Source: a virus
Strand: one strand, 5' to 3'
Length of the DNA stretch: 64,000 nt
IMG/VR virus record: IMGVR_UViG_3300013102_000030
Span: 1 to 64,000 of that record
A program made the translations under genes and the position numbers. Positions 8,942 to 16,246 of the stretch are shown piece after piece (the stretch's first letter is position 1; every line of letters begins with the position of its first letter). The notes beneath the pieces are model-generated. The model had not been told where the DNA came from and searched no databases. It was given only the letters and a program-made list of their open reading frames with translations.

Positions 8942-8988
8942 TGACTTATCGGTTCAAGGGGAACCGATGAAAGACTTTAGGAGTCAAG

Positions 8989-9468
8989 ATGAGCAAGCTG
9001 GAAATCGGATCGCTGGTCAACGTTGAACTGCTGGCAGCAGGTTGGCACGGAGCGGAAGTTACCGGAGTCTCTGAGGATGGCAAGCTGTACAGCGTGAAGC
9101 TGCTGGAAGCTTCCGATGGCTACGAAGTAGGGCAGGAGCTTGGAGGCTTCCATGTAGATCCTACGGCTGATTACTTTGGAGATGCTGAGGCTCCCAACAT
9201 CAAAGCTGCTGAGGTTTACATCATGCGAGCGGATCGCACTCCGGAGATGTCATGGTGGCAGGCAGGGGAGAGCATCGGAGTTAGCCACTCTGCTAAGTCT
9301 CTTCCGGCCGCTGTAGGCTCCCTGCTGACCTGCTGGGAGGTAGAAGGACGTAGGAGCCGTGGAGAGCACACGGAGACTCCAGAGGCTGCGGCAGCGCTGC
9401 TGACAGGTGGCAGGTACTGGAGCGCTGACAAGCTGGTGACCTACTGGTTCCGGTTCACTGGTCAGTAA
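8989..9468 (+). CDS. hypothetical early protein, possible SH3/Tudor-like N-terminus
   Basis: LEIGSLVNV...W.GAEVTGV....YSVKL pattern. Confidence 0.75.
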   Translation: MSKLEIGSLVNVELLAAGWHGAEVTGVSEDGKLYSVKLLEASDGYEVGQELGGFHVDPTADYFGDAEAPNIKAAEVYIMRADRTPEMSWWQAGESIGVSHSAKSLPAAVGSLLTCWEVEGRRSRGEHTETPEAAAALLTGGRYWSADKLVTYWFRFTGQ

Positions 9469-9525
9469 CTTACAAAAATTTCATAGGGAGTGGGAGTTGC
9501 AATGTGGCTCCCACTCCTATAGTCT
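9469..9525 (+). promoter_or_regulatory. Cassette element
   Basis: CTTACAAAAATTTC; hairpin; TTGCAA-17-TAGTCT. Confidence 0.9.
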
Positions 9526-9571
9526 TTCTATATCGGATCAAGAGATCCGGAAAACAACTTAGGAGATTCAA

Positions 9572-9844
9572 ATGTCTGAAGCAGCAAACCGTGGCGGCGT
9601 TACCCTTACCGGCGCAGCGATTGACTTCTTTTTCATCCGCCGGATCGTCACCGCGTACGAGATGGAAGATCGCGGGATGCGTATGAATCGCGGACCTTCT
9701 GCCCTTCAGCAGACTAAGATGCTGGGATTGGTTCCGGAAAACTCCCGGAGCAAGAAAGCCGGATTGCGTGCGGTGGTTGCCAAGGTTCAGGAGATGATGC
9801 CGAGCTACGAACCTAACGATAACGTGAAGCGGCTCATGGCATAG
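9572..9844 (+). CDS. hypothetical early protein
   Basis: ORF with SD. Confidence 0.8.
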   Translation: MSEAANRGGVTLTGAAIDFFFIRRIVTAYEMEDRGMRMNRGPSALQQTKMLGLVPENSRSKKAGLRAVVAKVQEMMPSYEPNDNVKRLMA

Positions 9845-9849
9845 AGTCA

Positions 9850-9888
9850 GCAGGGAGAGGGACCGGGAAACCGGTCCTTTTCTTTTGC
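9850..9888 (+). terminator. Intrinsic terminator
   Basis: GGACCGG-GAAA-CCGGTCC then T-tract. Confidence 0.85.
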
Positions 9889-9894
9889 CCGTGA

Positions 9895-9942
9895 CTTACA
9901 AAACTTTCTTAGGTTGCGCGGTGGCAGGATCTCCTATAGTCT
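9895..9942 (+). promoter_or_regulatory. Box + promoter without hairpin
   Basis: CTTACAAAACTTTC; TTGCGC-17-TAGTCT. Confidence 0.8.
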
Positions 9943-9986
9943 TTAGGTAGTTAGTTGATAATCCAATAGCGAGAAAAGAGCAGGTC

Positions 9987-10358
9987 ATGGCAACATCCAA
10001 GGAAACCCTGAAGATTGCAGTCAAGATCATGAAGCGGATTCGGCGCTCGTGGGAGATGTACGAAGACGAATGTGCGGAGTACGCAAAGCAAGGCTACCGG
10101 CCTCACTACTGTTTCCACGGTGTGGACCAGTGGACGGACTACGACAACATCTGTGGATGGTGTGAGGAAGTAGGCAACGGCTGGGATTATGTGCAAGCGC
10201 TGAAGCAAGCGCTGGCAGAGGCTGAGGCAGCAGTTGAAGCCAAGCAGAAGCGCGTGGATCTCCTGATCACGGTACAGGTCCAGAAGATGCCTGTAGAGGA
10301 TTGGGGAAAGCTGCTTGAGTGGGCGCATGAGCCACTAGCCAAGTATGACGAATTGTAA
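9987..10358 (+). CDS. hypothetical protein with CxHG/CxxC possible Zn site
   Basis: ORF; YCFHG...ICGWCE. Confidence 0.8.
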   Translation: MATSKETLKIAVKIMKRIRRSWEMYEDECAEYAKQGYRPHYCFHGVDQWTDYDNICGWCEEVGNGWDYVQALKQALAEAEAAVEAKQKRVDLLITVQVQKMPVEDWGKLLEWAHEPLAKYDEL

Positions 10359-10363
10359 GAGAT

Positions 10364-10400
10364 AGGGAGTCAGCCTAACGGTTGGCTCCCTTTTCTTTTT
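10364..10400 (+). terminator. Terminator ending the + array
   Basis: AGGGAGTCAGCC-TAAC-GGTTGGCTCCCT + T-tract. Confidence 0.85.
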
Positions 10401-10550
10401 GCCCTGCGGCTGGTGGTTGGCTGCGGATCTCTGTTGCCTGCCCTGCGCGGCTGTGTGAGCCTCTGAGAGCCTGTTAGGTGGCTGGTGGTGTGGTTGTGCC
10501 TGCGCGTGATTCTGAGCGCTTAGAGAGGCTTCTAGAGGTCCTGCGCTGGG

Positions 10551-10590
10551 ACAAAAGAAATCCCGCTAGCCTGTTGGCTGCGGGATCTCT
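10551..10590 (-). terminator. Terminator ending the - array
   Basis: reverse complement ATCCCGCAGCC..GGCTAGCGGGAT-TTCTTTT. Confidence 0.75.
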
Positions 10591-10606
10591 GGGAGAGGCT
10601 AGAAGG

Positions 10607-10792
10607 CTACTGTGGCAGCGGAAAATCATTGATGCTGCCAACTACCACTAGAGCGGCTGCTAGGAGCGCTGTGGAGGCTGGAGAGGCTTTGAACCGCTGC
10701 CCTGCGCGTCGTGCGCGGATCTCAATACGATCTAGCGCGGTTTCGCGTGCTGCGTGGTCACGTGCTGCGCTGCGTTCTGCTGCTGTCATCAT
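10607..10792 (-). CDS. small protein with hydrophobic C-terminus
   Basis: AGGAG SD directly after a box at 10806-10819. Confidence 0.65.
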   Translation of the reverse strand: MMTAAERSAARDHAARETALDRIEIRARRAGQRFKASPASTALLAAALVVVGSINDFPLPQ

Positions 10793-10868
10793 TGCGGGAT
10801 CTCCTGAAAGTTTTGTAAGTGAGAGGAAGTGAAAGACTCCGGAGCCTTTCGACTCCGGAGCCTTCAGT

Positions 10869-11081
10869 CTAGCGGATGAAACGGACTTCAGACTCTAGGA
10901 CATTGAACGTGTCTCCGGAGGGAATCGCGGTGACTTCCAGAGTGTAGCGTCCCTGCCACGGCTGGCCGTACTCATCAACGCGAAGCTCTCCGGCTGCGGA
11001 CTCCGGAAGTCCCGTGAGAGGGAAGCTAGCGGCGTGGATCTGGACAACGTCACCGATTTTGTAGCTGCGTGCCTTGTTCAT
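10869..11081 (-). CDS. hypothetical SH3-like small protein
   Basis: ORF 10869..11120; AGGAGG before ATG11081. Confidence 0.75.
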   Translation of the reverse strand: MNKARSYKIGDVVQIHAASFPLTGLPESAAGELRVDEYGQPWQGRYTLEVTAIPSGDTFNVLESEVRFIR

Positions 11082-11110
11082 TTTTCCTCCTGAGTGGTTG
11101 GTACCCTCTG

Positions 11111-11166
11111 AGCTTAGCAAAGATCCGGACCTGTTGCCAAGTCCGGACCTTTGTAAGTTTTGTAAC
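11111..11166 (-). promoter_or_regulatory. Cassette element (minus strand)
   Basis: GTTACAAAACTTAC fused to TAG; hairpin; TTGGCA-18-TAAGCT. Confidence 0.85.
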
Positions 11167-11621
11167 TAGATGCTGCTGGTGCTGATGCCGTATGAGGTTT
11201 TGAAAGCGCGAACCGCGAAGTCAGCATTAGGCGTGCGCTGGTTGGTTCCGGCTGCGTAGGTGATCATGTCCCAGATCTGACCTTCACGATGGGCAGGGAC
11301 CACGTTGTAAACGAATCCGGAGTACTTCCGGGAGAGTTCCGTTTCGATCTCTTGCAGTTCTTCCTGCTGGGCTGCGTAGGCTGCGAGATCGGCAGCGGTG
11401 CGCGTTGCGTAGTCGATGGCATCCCGGACGTTGTTACCGTCCCGGATGATGGATTCGAAGATCTCATCAGCGTTAGCTGAGTCGATCAGGGAGAGAGTGG
11501 AGCGAAGCGCAGTTTCGATCTGCCCGTAAACTCCTGCCTGCGGAGCAGTGACTTCCATGGCGTTTGCTGAGAGGCGAGCGGCGTCCAGAGCTTCAGCGAG
11601 TGCGATCAGCTTGTCATCCAT
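11166..11621 (-). CDS. hypothetical early protein
   Basis: ORF with TAGGAG SD. Confidence 0.8.
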   Translation of the reverse strand: MDDKLIALAEALDAARLSANAMEVTAPQAGVYGQIETALRSTLSLIDSANADEIFESIIRDGNNVRDAIDYATRTAADLAAYAAQQEELQEIETELSRKYSGFVYNVVPAHREGQIWDMITYAAGTNQRTPNADFAVRAFKTSYGISTSSI

Positions 11622-11660
11622 TGTGACTCCTAGGTTGGTGCGATTGGTTGGTACAAAGAA

Positions 11661-11717
11661 AGACTATCGGTTCCGGGACCTGTTGGCAAGTCCCGGAACC
11701 TAGGGAACTTTTGTAAC
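11661..11717 (-). promoter_or_regulatory. Cassette element (minus strand)
   Basis: GTTACAAAAGTTC; hairpin; TTGCCA-17-TAGTCT. Confidence 0.9.
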
Positions 11718-11926
11718 TAGAAGATGTGGTTCAGGAGATCCGCAAATTCTTCGTCCGTTGCGTGAATCCATTCCGGCTCCGCTGCCATGCATCCGCTGCA
11801 ATAGTCCGTAGGCTGCGGCCCACGCGTTACAGTCTCGCCTGAAGTGTAAACGTCATCCTGTCCGGAGTGTTCACAGAGGGAATCGTTGCTGTCAGTCTTC
11901 CAGTGGCGTGCAACTCGCTGTGCCAT
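11717..11926 (-). CDS. small Cys/His protein, possible Zn-binding
   Basis: H...SLC...YCSGC; GAGGA SD. Confidence 0.75.
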   Translation of the reverse strand: MAQRVARHWKTDSNDSLCEHSGQDDVYTSGETVTRGPQPTDYCSGCMAAEPEWIHATDEEFADLLNHIF

Positions 11927-11965
11927 GTCTTCCTCTCGCGGTTGATACTTTCAACCTCTGAGACG

Positions 11966-12021
11966 ATTCTAGGGCAGGATCTCCTGATGTGGCAAATCCT
12001 GCCCTAGAAAAGTTTTGTAAC
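11966..12021 (-). promoter_or_regulatory. Cassette element (minus strand)
   Basis: GTTACAAAACTTTT; 16-bp stem; TTGCCA-18-TAGAAT. Confidence 0.88.
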
Positions 12022-12755
12022 TAGTTCGCTGCGGCTGCTGGTTCCGTTGTGACCACCGTTTCCGGCTTGGCTACGTTTGGCGCTGGTTCCGGCTGCTGCT
12101 TGCCAATCTGGCAGAACGTGCCAACTCCTGCCCACGCGTCTCCCAGTTCAAGGCTTGAGCAGATCTCTGCTTGAGTCTTGACGAAAACGTACTGATACGT
12201 GGGATTGATCACAGACCTAACCGCACGGTAGCCATCAGCTACGGGACCGACAGGAGCTAACGTGACGTAGGTATTGGCGAACGTCCCGCGATCCGTGAGA
12301 CCTGAGAGCGCATAGGCTTCCTCAAGTCCGCAAATACGGTTTCCCATCAGCGCACAATCCCAACGCGGATCATCCTCCGGAGTGATCTCCTGCTGTGGTT
12401 CCGTGGTGGCAGGAGCCTCTACGGTGGCCGGTACGGTGGCAGGATCTTCTACCGTGGCAGGAGCCTCAACGGTGGGAACTTCCGTTGCAACTGGAGCAGT
12501 GTATGACAGTTCCGGCTGCGGTTCCGATACGGTTTCGGAGACGGGCTGTGTGGTCTCCTGCGGCTGCGGTTCCGTGGCTGCGGTAGTCGATACGGTGGGA
12601 GCGTCCCACGCTGGCAGGATGGCATCCTGAGAGGCTGAGACAGAGGTCTCTGCTACGGGCAGGATCTCCGCTTCCTGTGGCTGCTGTGCTGTGGCTGCGG
12701 TTGTAGTGGTCAGGGCAAGGGCAAGGATTGCGAGAGGTGCAAGGATGCGTTTCAT
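12021..12755 (-). CDS. exported protein: signal peptide, P/T/E-rich linker, EDDP.WDC..MGN..CG motif
   Basis: MKRILAPLAILALAL...ATA; AAGGAG SD. Confidence 0.8.
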   Translation of the reverse strand: MKRILAPLAILALALTTTTAATAQQPQEAEILPVAETSVSASQDAILPAWDAPTVSTTAATEPQPQETTQPVSETVSEPQPELSYTAPVATEVPTVEAPATVEDPATVPATVEAPATTEPQQEITPEDDPRWDCALMGNRICGLEEAYALSGLTDRGTFANTYVTLAPVGPVADGYRAVRSVINPTYQYVFVKTQAEICSSLELGDAWAGVGTFCQIGKQQPEPAPNVAKPETVVTTEPAAAAN

Positions 12756-12783
12756 TGTGTCTCCTTAGATTGGTGAACCTTAC

Positions 12784-12820
12784 CTGAACAGGGTACCACG
12801 GGATGCGGTACCCTGTCCAG
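12784..12820 (-). other. Intergenic hairpin
   Basis: CTGGACAGGGTACCGC/GTGGTACCCTGTTCAG. Confidence 0.65.
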
Positions 12821-12836
12821 CTTGGATAGTGTTTGG

Positions 12837-13190
12837 CTAAGCGTGCTTGACGATGTCCCAGCGCATGACGTGGTAAGTGTTGGGGAAGTCCAGTGATGCA
12901 AGGGCAAATTCTCCCCTGATGGTTGCCACACTGGAAAGCTGGGATGCGTCGATGGTCCTGCTGTAGCTGAGCATAAGCTCTGTGTCTGATGTGTTCTCAA
13001 CGTGGTTGTCATCGACAGTCTGCCAAACATCCTGCATCAGCACGTCATCCTGTGGTGCGGCCTGCTGCTGTGCCTGCTGTACCTGCTGCGCTGCTGGTGC
13101 CTGTGCTGCCTCTACATGAGCGTTAGTGGTGGCTGGTGCACCAAAGACAATGGCAAGGCTGGCAATGACTGAGATGAGAAAGCTAAGCAT
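12837..13190 (-). CDS. exported protein with signal peptide
   Basis: ORF 12837..13256; GGGAG before ATG13190; MLSFLISVIASLAIVFG. Confidence 0.75.
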   Translation of the reverse strand: MLSFLISVIASLAIVFGAPATTNAHVEAAQAPAAQQVQQAQQQAAPQDDVLMQDVWQTVDDNHVENTSDTELMLSYSRTIDASQLSSVATIRGEFALASLDFPNTYHVMRWDIVKHA

Positions 13191-13227
13191 GATGACTCCC
13201 TGTTGTTTGGGTGGTTCGTTACACATC

Positions 13228-13256
13228 ACATTACACACATAGGACATGAGACACAA
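13228..13256 (-). promoter_or_regulatory. Promoter starting the minus array
   Basis: TTGTGT-17-TAATGT; box at 13309-13321. Confidence 0.6.
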
Positions 13257-13359
13257 GTCAAAGTCTTTGATAGTTCGAATGTGTTTCGTTTTGGTTTGGA
13301 ATGTGAAAGAAACTTTTGTAATCGAACATCAGCGCACATGGCACGTCACATTGCGTAAT

Positions 13360-13402
13360 GAAAGTTTTGTAAGTTGCGGCAGCGGCATGCGGCCTGTAGA
13401 AT
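13360..13402 (+). promoter_or_regulatory. Promoter with inverted box abutting -35
   Basis: GAAAGTTTTGTAAG TTGCGG-17-TAGAAT, same layout as 49-91. Confidence 0.75.
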
Positions 13403-13539
13403 GGATGCGGAGGCATTCTCGAAACAATTGGGGTTGCTTTTGGCGACACAGCACTAGGCTCCTCACAGATTTTAGTAAAAAATACTAAGCATGTACACTT
13501 GTCAACCCCTCCCCTCCCCTCTTGTGCTACAATGATTCC

Positions 13540-13788
13540 ATGAGCAGAACAAACTGGGACGAAGCCCTCAAGTACGTAAGCCCTCTCGACCACTTCAAAG
13601 ACGTGTACGGCACAGACCGAACCGAAGAGGTCATCCTCCAACTCACAAAAGCCGGTGGCACCTTAGCCATCTCCCAAGACAAACTCCACATGTCCGAATA
13701 CTCCTTTGAGTATCTTCAGTCTCTCTTCCAGAAGTGGTACTCCGAGAAGTTGAACTGGCTGGCCGAATCTGGTAAGCTGTCCGGATGA
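13540..13788 (+). CDS. hypothetical protein, probably leaderless
   Basis: TGCTACAAT ends 6 nt before ATG13540. Confidence 0.75.
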   Translation: MSRTNWDEALKYVSPLDHFKDVYGTDRTEEVILQLTKAGGTLAISQDKLHMSEYSFEYLQSLFQKWYSEKLNWLAESGKLSG

Positions 13789-14243
13789 CCCCTGAACAAA
13801 AACTTGCGTCCATCCGCATCTTTGCCGAACGCGCAGTCAAGCAGGACCCCAACGCCTTCCTTAGCGCACAGTGGCTCCTGAACCACATCGACTTCAAGTC
13901 CGCCCCACAGGAAGACACCGACATGGTCTCCCTCATCAAGAAGGACATGCAGCTTCACGCAGCAGACTGTGCGACCAACCAGAAGTCCATCACCCGCGAG
14001 TACAAGGGCTGTACCTGCTGGCTTGAAAACCCGAACGAAGCAGAGTACACTCTTCCTGAGACCACAACGGTCTTCCAGATCAAGCCCCTAGATCCCAGCA
14101 CCAAACTCCCGAAACAGGACTTCACGTCCCGACAGCACGCGCTTGACTGGTTCATGATCAACACAGCCCTTTCCAACGATCCGGACTCGGACGACTACTG
14201 GGGTAACTTCTACGACATCAAAGAAAAGGAAACCCCTGCATGA
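13785..14243 (+). CDS. hypothetical protein
   Basis: ATGA overlap. Confidence 0.8.
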   Translation: MTPEQKLASIRIFAERAVKQDPNAFLSAQWLLNHIDFKSAPQEDTDMVSLIKKDMQLHAADCATNQKSITREYKGCTCWLENPNEAEYTLPETTTVFQIKPLDPSTKLPKQDFTSRQHALDWFMINTALSNDPDSDDYWGNFYDIKEKETPA

Positions 14244-14428
14244 CCCCGGAGCAGAAGCTAGCGGCCATCCAACACGCCCTGAACGAACACAGCATAGAGA
14301 TAAAAGGCGGTCTCCTCATCGAACCCATCGTCTCTACCCGCCTCATTCAGAGCATCCTTGATCAACCCACTGCACAGCCACAACCCACCCGTGTCCGGAC
14401 GAGATCTCTCTCCTTCGGCTTCCACTAA
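14240..14428 (+). CDS. hypothetical protein (MTPEQKLA N-terminus shared with upstream gene)
   Basis: ATGA overlap, AAGGA SD. Confidence 0.75.
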   Translation: MTPEQKLAAIQHALNEHSIEIKGGLLIEPIVSTRLIQSILDQPTAQPQPTRVRTRSLSFGFH

Positions 14429-14441
14429 AGTAAAGGAAAAC

Positions 14442-15044
14442 ATGACAGGCATTGCCTCCTACCTCATCAAGAACGACGACGAGACCCTTGACAAGCTTGA
14501 ATACTTCGGCCTGTCCTATGCGAACCTTATGGAAGCAGGCGTAACCGACGCTGACGCGCTCCGCAAGGTCACTCAGGCGTTCCTTGACACCCTCCCCACG
14601 CTCAGCACCAACCCGCTCCCCAAGACTCCCGAGTCTCCGGTCTCTGACACCTACTTCCATGTCTTCCACAAGTCAATGAACAAGCAGTCCGCCCTCTTCC
14701 CGGACAGCTACAACAGCCACAGAGACGCAGAAGCGGCCCTCGTACGCAACTACTACGACCAGAAGCGCGGCGGCGGTGTTGAACACTTCCTTTCCCTGTT
14801 CGACATCCGCGAGTTCAAGCGCCCCAACGTAACCATCCAAGGCATCACCTTCACCCGAGAGCGCCCCAAGCGCTACGAAATCATCTTCAAGCAGACGCAA
14901 AGGCGTTCCCACCACTACACGAACACCTACGCACGGTATGAAGACGCACAAGCCGTGCTTGATCACGCCTATCCAGCCGTCGCAGCCCACCAGCGCACCC
15001 CTGAAGACCGCTGGAGCAACCTCTACGAGATCCGGAGCATCTGA
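14442..15044 (+). CDS. hypothetical protein with internal duplication
   Basis: ORF 14358..15044; AAGGA before ATG14442. Confidence 0.8.
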   Translation: MTGIASYLIKNDDETLDKLEYFGLSYANLMEAGVTDADALRKVTQAFLDTLPTLSTNPLPKTPESPVSDTYFHVFHKSMNKQSALFPDSYNSHRDAEAALVRNYYDQKRGGGVEHFLSLFDIREFKRPNVTIQGITFTRERPKRYEIIFKQTQRRSHHYTNTYARYEDAQAVLDHAYPAVAAHQRTPEDRWSNLYEIRSI

Positions 15045-15466
15045 TGAAGCAGATTGATCCCGACGACGAAGCCACCTTCAACAAATTCATGACCTTTGCC
15101 CACGCATTTGCGGACATCAAGGGTCTGAATTTCCCCGATGAGTCCATTGAAGAGCATCTTCTCAACGGATTCCTTGACTCCCTGCCCGATGACTCCTGTC
15201 CAGCGGTAGCAGTGTCTACTGAAGCGCCCAAAGTCCACGCAGATACGATGGTTGCGGTAGGCTGGTTCATTGGACTCCGTGACAAACCGCGCAACGGTCC
15301 CGCCATCAAGCTCGGAAAGCTCATTTATGAGACCTATACCGACGCATCAAAGGCCCTTGACAAGGAATTCAACAGAAACGGAGCCACCAACGTCTACCGT
15401 TCCGGCCTCGCACCGTACTCAGAGAGAATCGACTACCAAATTGTCCCCATCTATCGAGCCGTCTGA
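15044..15466 (+). CDS. hypothetical protein
   Basis: TGATG coupling. Confidence 0.8.
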   Translation: MKQIDPDDEATFNKFMTFAHAFADIKGLNFPDESIEEHLLNGFLDSLPDDSCPAVAVSTEAPKVHADTMVAVGWFIGLRDKPRNGPAIKLGKLIYETYTDASKALDKEFNRNGATNVYRSGLAPYSERIDYQIVPIYRAV

Positions 15467-15686
15467 CTTCCCAGAGCCTCCGGAAGCCCCTTCAGAGGCC
15501 GTCAATGCCCAACTTGACGACATTCGGGCGCGTTTCAACGTCCTTCTGCACGGATTTTTCCACGATTCCGACGCAGGAACGCCCATTTACGACCAACTCA
15601 AGAAAGAATACGACGACGAAGAGCGTTTCAACGAACTTCTGGCCTCCGGAGCAACAGAACGCCTCCACTACGGCACTTTTGTCTAA
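15441..15686 (+). CDS. hypothetical protein (TPIYDQL motif); start uncertain
   Basis: 3' part of ORF 15270..15686; TTG15441. Confidence 0.6.
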   Translation: MSPSIEPSDFPEPPEAPSEAVNAQLDDIRARFNVLLHGFFHDSDAGTPIYDQLKKEYDDEERFNELLASGATERLHYGTFV

Positions 15687-15707
15687 CAAATCAACGAAAA
15701 GGAATCC

Positions 15708-16226
15708 ATGACTACCGCAAAATACGACATTCCCGCCATTCTCGCCCTCCCCGTCGAGAAAAACGACCGCCAAGTCACCACCGTGGGCCAATATGTTGCC
15801 ACATCGACCCGAAAGAACCTCCTCAACACGTATTTCTCCCCCTCAGAGCGAGTTTCATGGCGAAATCCCATCCTTGCAGCCCTAGTGAAGGCCCAGATCA
15901 TCACCGGCACCCTCCAGAAGGACGGAAGCCTATACAATGCGAGTGAAGCCCAAGGTCAAGAGGTACTTGAGGCCATCGGAGAGTATCTGATCAAGGCAGA
16001 CTACTCCGCACTCCCGGAAGCACCCGTCATCAAGGAATGGTACGTCGTTGATTTCGACAAGACCTACGGCTCCAACGAAATCACCCTTCAGGAGATCATT
16101 TCCGGCCCCCACACCGAGGAAGAAGCCCGTAAAATCAGGAAGGAAGCGTATTCCACCGGCGCGTACGAGTTTTCCTCCTACGTCCTCCACATTCCCGTCC
16201 CCACTGACCTTCCTAAGAAGGCGTGA
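15708..16226 (+). CDS. hypothetical protein
   Basis: AAGGA SD. Confidence 0.8.
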   Translation: MTTAKYDIPAILALPVEKNDRQVTTVGQYVATSTRKNLLNTYFSPSERVSWRNPILAALVKAQIITGTLQKDGSLYNASEAQGQEVLEAIGEYLIKADYSALPEAPVIKEWYVVDFDKTYGSNEITLQEIISGPHTEEEARKIRKEAYSTGAYEFSSYVLHIPVPTDLPKKA

Positions 16227-16246
16227 TACAATACAATAACCAACCG

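Larger units (their letters stand above)
49..13402. repeat. Dispersed repeat family (box + hairpin + promoter) separating single-gene cassettes
   Basis: 18 complete copies (15 on +, 3 on -) plus partial copies; consensus TTACAAAA(C/G)TTT-hairpin containing TTG(C/A)-17 bp-TAG(T/A)CT/TAAGCT. Confidence 0.93.

Noticed and set aside
1702-9942. CRISPR array
   Set aside because: Repeats are not identical, the intervening DNA is 200-500 bp ORFs with SDs, and no cas genes are present.
1702-12021. Classical integron (attC cassettes)
   Set aside because: No tyrosine integrase in the window; GTTACAA does not fit GTTRRRY, there is no paired RYYYAAC, and each unit has its own promoter.
13246-13641. ORFs 13246..13488 (+) and 13258..13641 (-)
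   Set aside because: They span the divergent promoter region, lack SDs and have atypical composition.
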